A DNA stretch of 64,000 bases from Giardia intestinalis. Taxonomy: Eukaryota. Below, in pieces: positions 60,513-64,000 of the stretch. The stretch lies in assembly GCA_000002435.2 (NCBI GenBank), contig CM018789.1; one strand, 5' to 3'. The notes beneath the pieces are model-generated. The model saw nothing but the letters and a program-made list of their open reading frames with translations, was not told where the DNA came from and did no database searches. Position 1 is the stretch's first letter, and the number at the start of each line of letters is the position of its first letter. The position numbers and the translations under genes are program-made.

Positions 60513-62123
60513 CTACTCTTTAACCTCCTGTATCACTCTCTTCAGAGAATCTAGTTTATATTGCATAGCTGCTTGCGCCTTATACGCATTGTCGCGCTCC
60601 TTCTCAAGTGCAGTGCATGCTTCTGCTAGTTTCAGCAGCTCAGCATCGCGAATGCTTAGCTCTCCTGTTAGGCGAGTAGTATCTGCTTTACACTTTTCGA
60701 GCGCTTCGTCGGCAGCCCTAGCACGATCTTGCTGTTCTTTTAGTGCCTCCTTCAGAGACTTTAGTTCTTTATCTAGTGCTGTACAGCGCGCTTTTCTTTC
60801 GGAACACTTCTTTTCTAGAGCAGCTAGCTCACAGTCAGCCTTATCTCTCTCTTCTTCAGTCAATTTTAAATCATGCAAGAGGCTTCCTGCCCGTGCTTCC
60901 AGCTCTACTATTCGTCGATTCAACTTTGTGCATTTATCACATTCTATTGAGCCACCGTTTTTCTGGACTGCTTCCTCTTCTGCTGTCAGCACAACAGGCT
61001 GTGTCTGGGAGCACATGTCCTTACTTTTTAGGGCTAGCGGTGGACATATAAGGCCATCTGTGTCCCGTACGTCATATTGTTGGTCACAGTCTCTCAACTT
61101 CCGCTGCTTAGTTTGACTTCCCTTAGTTCTTTCGTCGACACTGCTTTGGCTATGGATATCATCCATTGCAGTGCCCTTAGATAAGAGCTCCTTCTTGGGA
61201 CCAATACAGGAATTGTTAGCATCAAGGTCCGTGATAAGCTCACGTGTGTTTGTGTAAACCATATTGTCTTCACTGCTGCATGTTGCTTTTTCAGCTAGTA
61301 CTATTTGTGGATGCAGTTGCATAAGTGTGGATATTTGCTCATGCGCCCGTTGAAGATCTTCCTGTAGCCGTACTGCAATAATATCCTTTTGTTCTACCTC
61401 CAGCATGAGTCGTTCTTTATCCTGTATGACTGTGCGAAGATTATCTGTTAATACGTCATTTGTGCACTGGAGTTCCTTCAAGCTGGGAAGAAGCTTTTGC
61501 TCCACCCCGTCCTTATACTGACTTAGCACCTCTGCCTCCTTTTTATATTCAAGTGCCCGCTGCTCTGCAGCAGTATATTCTTTCACTAGCTCTTCATTGA
61601 GTTTTCTGGCCTCGGCAAATCTTTCCTTAAGCTGCGCATATTTTTCTGTTTTCTTTGCTAACGTGTGCGTGCATGCGTCGAGCTTTGTTGCAAGAAAAGC
61701 TGCTGCATGGTCGTCCGTTGGGCTTTGGCTAGTTGACTCCTTGTTCCGGCGCTTGTGCGTGTCAGTCTGTGAAGAGCAATACTCTTCTGTTTGTACGTAA
61801 GAGAATACTGTTGATACTGTGCATTGAACTTCATTACTTTTAGTAGAAACATAGCATTGTGACACTGCATCAGAAGTCTCGACCGAAAGTATTTCTAGAT
61901 GCCTTACTGGCTCGTACTCTAGAGTCTTCCTTGATAAAATTCTAGTTGGTGAGCGGGGAGACGATAAAAGCTGGGGTGACTGAGGAACATTGCGTGTTTC
62001 TTTGTTAAGCTTTTCCTGCCGCAGATCATACTGAGTTGTAACGTCAGTGCATTCATGGATCAATTTGTGAATGTTCTGCAGAATATTGTCGTCCGTGTAA
62101 AGAGACGACAAAGACAGGTTCAT
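60513..62123 (-). CDS. Coiled-coil protein (536 aa), hypothetical
   Basis: Long ORF with an extended heptad-rich C-terminal half (ELEARAGSLLHDLKLTEEERDKADCELAALEKKCSERKARCTALDKELKSLKEALKEQQDRARAADEALEKCK...). Confidence 0.6.
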   Translation of the reverse strand: MNLSLSSLYTDDNILQNIHKLIHECTDVTTQYDLRQEKLNKETRNVPQSPQLLSSPRSPTRILSRKTLEYEPVRHLEILSVETSDAVSQCYVSTKSNEVQCTVSTVFSYVQTEEYCSSQTDTHKRRNKESTSQSPTDDHAAAFLATKLDACTHTLAKKTEKYAQLKERFAEARKLNEELVKEYTAAEQRALEYKKEAEVLSQYKDGVEQKLLPSLKELQCTNDVLTDNLRTVIQDKERLMLEVEQKDIIAVRLQEDLQRAHEQISTLMQLHPQIVLAEKATCSSEDNMVYTNTRELITDLDANNSCIGPKKELLSKGTAMDDIHSQSSVDERTKGSQTKQRKLRDCDQQYDVRDTDGLICPPLALKSKDMCSQTQPVVLTAEEEAVQKNGGSIECDKCTKLNRRIVELEARAGSLLHDLKLTEEERDKADCELAALEKKCSERKARCTALDKELKSLKEALKEQQDRARAADEALEKCKADTTRLTGELSIRDAELLKLAEACTALEKERDNAYKAQAAMQYKLDSLKRVIQEVKE

Positions 62124-62204
62124 GTCCTCTGAGCCTTAGCTTTTTGAATTCTCAACTGAGTAAACGACAGACAGGGATGAGTAGTGGTAAAAAAGTTTAC
62201 ACCA

Positions 62205-64000
62205 TCACCACTCAGCATAATCGTTGTTATCGTCCTCATGATTGTCTCGAAGCTCTCCACTTTGACCTGAGTCTGCAGCACTGGCATCAATGTTTGTTGC
62301 GCTTTGCGAGCGCACAGAGGATGCGCTTCCGGATCTACTGGCAAACATTCCTCCACTATTTCGAATAGAAGCAGCTGTGTTCTCATAGCTCATATTAGTG
62401 GAGTGGGTAAAGATTCCATATCTACCTGCTCCTTTCACATCAACAAGATCGGACGTATCATATTGATTGCTATGCGTGCTTGCCTTAGATGCCAGTGCTG
62501 AACGGAAGCTGTTGATGCTGTTACAAGAAGTCATAGAGAATGCACTCATCTTGCTATTAACTGCACTTGTAATGGATGCTATTCTAGAGTCCCTGCCGTC
62601 AACGATGTTACTCAGTCCTCGGGACCTACTAGTGATGGTTAGCTGTGTGGGAAGACTGGACTTTGCTGAAGTCAAGGTATTGGCCGTGTAGCTTGAGAAA
62701 ATACGTGAAGCGTTTTCGGCTTGTCTTGAGCGGTTGCACCCAGGGCTGAATAGTGGATTCATATTAGCATCCACACGTCCACCTGCAGACACGACACTCC
62801 TTACAGATGAGTGTGAAGTGTACGTGGAAGTTGGTGTCACCATTGCAGTGGCAGTTGGAGAGATAAAGGTTGTTGAAAACGGCATTCCCATGCTATCGAC
62901 TGGTGTTTCTTCTGCTCCGGCTGTGGGCCTGACTTCTGTAGTCGCATTATGGACCTTAAGATAATAGGAGTTCGGGAAAAGTTCATCCTCGTTAATACTT
63001 GGAAGTTCTGCACAATTGAGCAGAAGATCAAAACAACCAGTTCCAAAGTCACCTTGCTTCCCCATAACAACACAAGAAGAGACAGACTTGAGAGGATCCA
63101 CAACACCAAACGCAGCTGCCTTGAGGACGGTTGCCCCGGGGCGCTCGAAGGTAGCTTGTGCCAGCACACCAGTATTGGTTGCTTGCATACCATATCGATT
63201 TATAGATATCATCTTGTTATTTTGGGGCCGCGAGGACATAATATCGGCCAAAATTAAGTAGTGGTGAATATTGAGGTCTACCTTGTCAAGGGTCGCTCTG
63301 ATCTGTTTTATAAATAAGGCTCGTGCTGCTTCTATTCCCAAGATTTCATAGATCTCTCGCACGTTTGTAGTCCACGTCCTGGTAAAGTCCACCTCTGGCT
63401 GCGTCAAAATCCAAAGGAGATCAGAACCGTCTGTCTGTAAATAGAGCTCGCTAATATCGCTGTTGGGTTGAGTAAATTTCCCTATCGAACCTATCTTGCT
63501 TAGATCTCCTTCTGACATTTTGTGCATAGAGAGCCCGTCACTGGAGCCCTGAGAGAAGACGTCTACGTTAGATGTGAAGCCATCATAACCATAATGAACC
63601 AGCGGATTGGACGACGCCATGAAAACCTTTCTGATTGACTCATTGCCCGATATGTGAACATTCCTGAGAAATGCATCAACGCCATCATATCGCTCCGCTA
63701 GCAATCTGCTCTTTTCCATGTCTGGCGCCCCACTACCAATGGCGCTCCCCTTGACGGCGTTATACTCATCCTCAGTGAGGCTGGGTCTAACTCGTATAAC
63801 AGTTTTGCCCAAGCCGGTATAGTAATTTATTATTGGCATTTCACGGCCAATCATGGCTTTTTGCTTAATGTTAATGTCATCTTCATCGTCCTCATCGTCG
63901 TCTTCAGACTTTGGGCGACCCGCTCTTGATGTGTATATTTGTTGCAGCATCAGTATCAACCTACTCACAAGTGTCTGAATGGTAATCCCAGCTTCGATCT
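62205..64000 (-). CDS. RPB1: RNA polymerase II largest subunit (RPB1), C-terminal ~598 aa, 5'-truncated by the window end; conserved clamp/cleft end followed by a non-heptad S/T-rich tail
   Basis: NVREIYEILGIEAARALFIKQIRATLDKVDLNIHHYLILADIMSSRPQNNKMISINRYGMQATNTGVLAQATFERPGATVLKAAAFGVVDPLKSVSSCVVMGKQGDFGTGCFDLLLN matches the Rpb1 C-terminal conserved block (...EIFEVLGIEA.R...E...V.....YVNYRHLALLCD.MT..G.LMAITRHG.NR.DTG.LM.CSFEETV..L..AA..GE.D...GVSENIM.GQLAP.GTG.FDLLLD). The track start at 63968 is a GTG. The frame stays open to position 64000, so the gene continues beyond the window. The ~250-aa Ser/Thr-rich tail without YSPTSPS heptads fits the reported non-canonical Giardia RPB1 CTD. Confidence 0.75.
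   Translation of the reverse strand, partial: IEAGITIQTLVSRLILMLQQIYTSRAGRPKSEDDDEDDEDDINIKQKAMIGREMPIINYYTGLGKTVIRVRPSLTEDEYNAVKGSAIGSGAPDMEKSRLLAERYDGVDAFLRNVHISGNESIRKVFMASSNPLVHYGYDGFTSNVDVFSQGSSDGLSMHKMSEGDLSKIGSIGKFTQPNSDISELYLQTDGSDLLWILTQPEVDFTRTWTTNVREIYEILGIEAARALFIKQIRATLDKVDLNIHHYLILADIMSSRPQNNKMISINRYGMQATNTGVLAQATFERPGATVLKAAAFGVVDPLKSVSSCVVMGKQGDFGTGCFDLLLNCAELPSINEDELFPNSYYLKVHNATTEVRPTAGAEETPVDSMGMPFSTTFISPTATAMVTPTSTYTSHSSVRSVVSAGGRVDANMNPLFSPGCNRSRQAENASRIFSSYTANTLTSAKSSLPTQLTITSRSRGLSNIVDGRDSRIASITSAVNSKMSAFSMTSCNSINSFRSALASKASTHSNQYDTSDLVDVKGAGRYGIFTHSTNMSYENTAASIRNSGGMFASRSGSASSVRSQSATNIDASAADSGQSGELRDNHEDDNNDYAEW

Noticed and set aside
1-64000. CRISPR arrays, prokaryotic operon structure, mobile elements (LINE-like GilM/GilT with RT/endonuclease ORFs)
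   Set aside because: The window is eukaryotic (Giardia). No direct-repeat/spacer arrays, and no reverse-transcriptase or endonuclease motifs in any frame I inspected. The only large repeats are the VSP inverted arms.

Overview
This window is eukaryotic and almost certainly Giardia. The evidence is three variant-specific surface protein (VSP) genes ending in the Giardia-specific ...GFLCWWFICRGKA tail, each followed by the extended ACTTAGGTAGTRAAY polyadenylation motif. Further evidence is an annexin-like alpha-giardin, and intron-less genes packed tightly with very short A/T-rich intergenic spacers (one divergent promoter is only 9 bp). About 75% of the window is dense single-exon coding sequence at moderate G+C (~45-50% by eye). 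Recognisable housekeeping genes are a WD40 protein, a DYRK-like kinase, an Smr-domain protein, V-ATPase subunit e, the alpha-giardin, an Hsp70-family protein, spliceosomal Prp8, DNA primase small subunit, methionyl-tRNA synthetase and the C-terminus of RNA polymerase II RPB1. There are also several coiled-coil and polytopic membrane proteins and one 3902-aa multi-pass membrane protein. Between Prp8 (ends 38222) and primase (starts 53248) lies a ~15 kb island of very different character. It is G+C-rich (~65-70% in sampled stretches), has no long ORFs outside the VSPs, and holds three full-length VSP genes plus one truncated VSP fragment. Two of the VSPs form a convergent (tail-to-tail), apparently identical inverted duplication. 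Its arms are ~3.07 kb (39859-42935 and 45839-48903) around a ~2.9 kb unique G+C-rich spacer. One real gene at the left window edge (minus strand, 1-1266) is absent from the supplied ORF track because its stop codon lies outside the window. The track also scores TTG/GTG/CTG as 'M', so several real ATG starts are internal to the listed ORFs. I give corrected starts where I could verify them. All functional calls come from motif recognition by eye, with no database search. No rRNA, tRNA, CRISPR or transposon could be supported.
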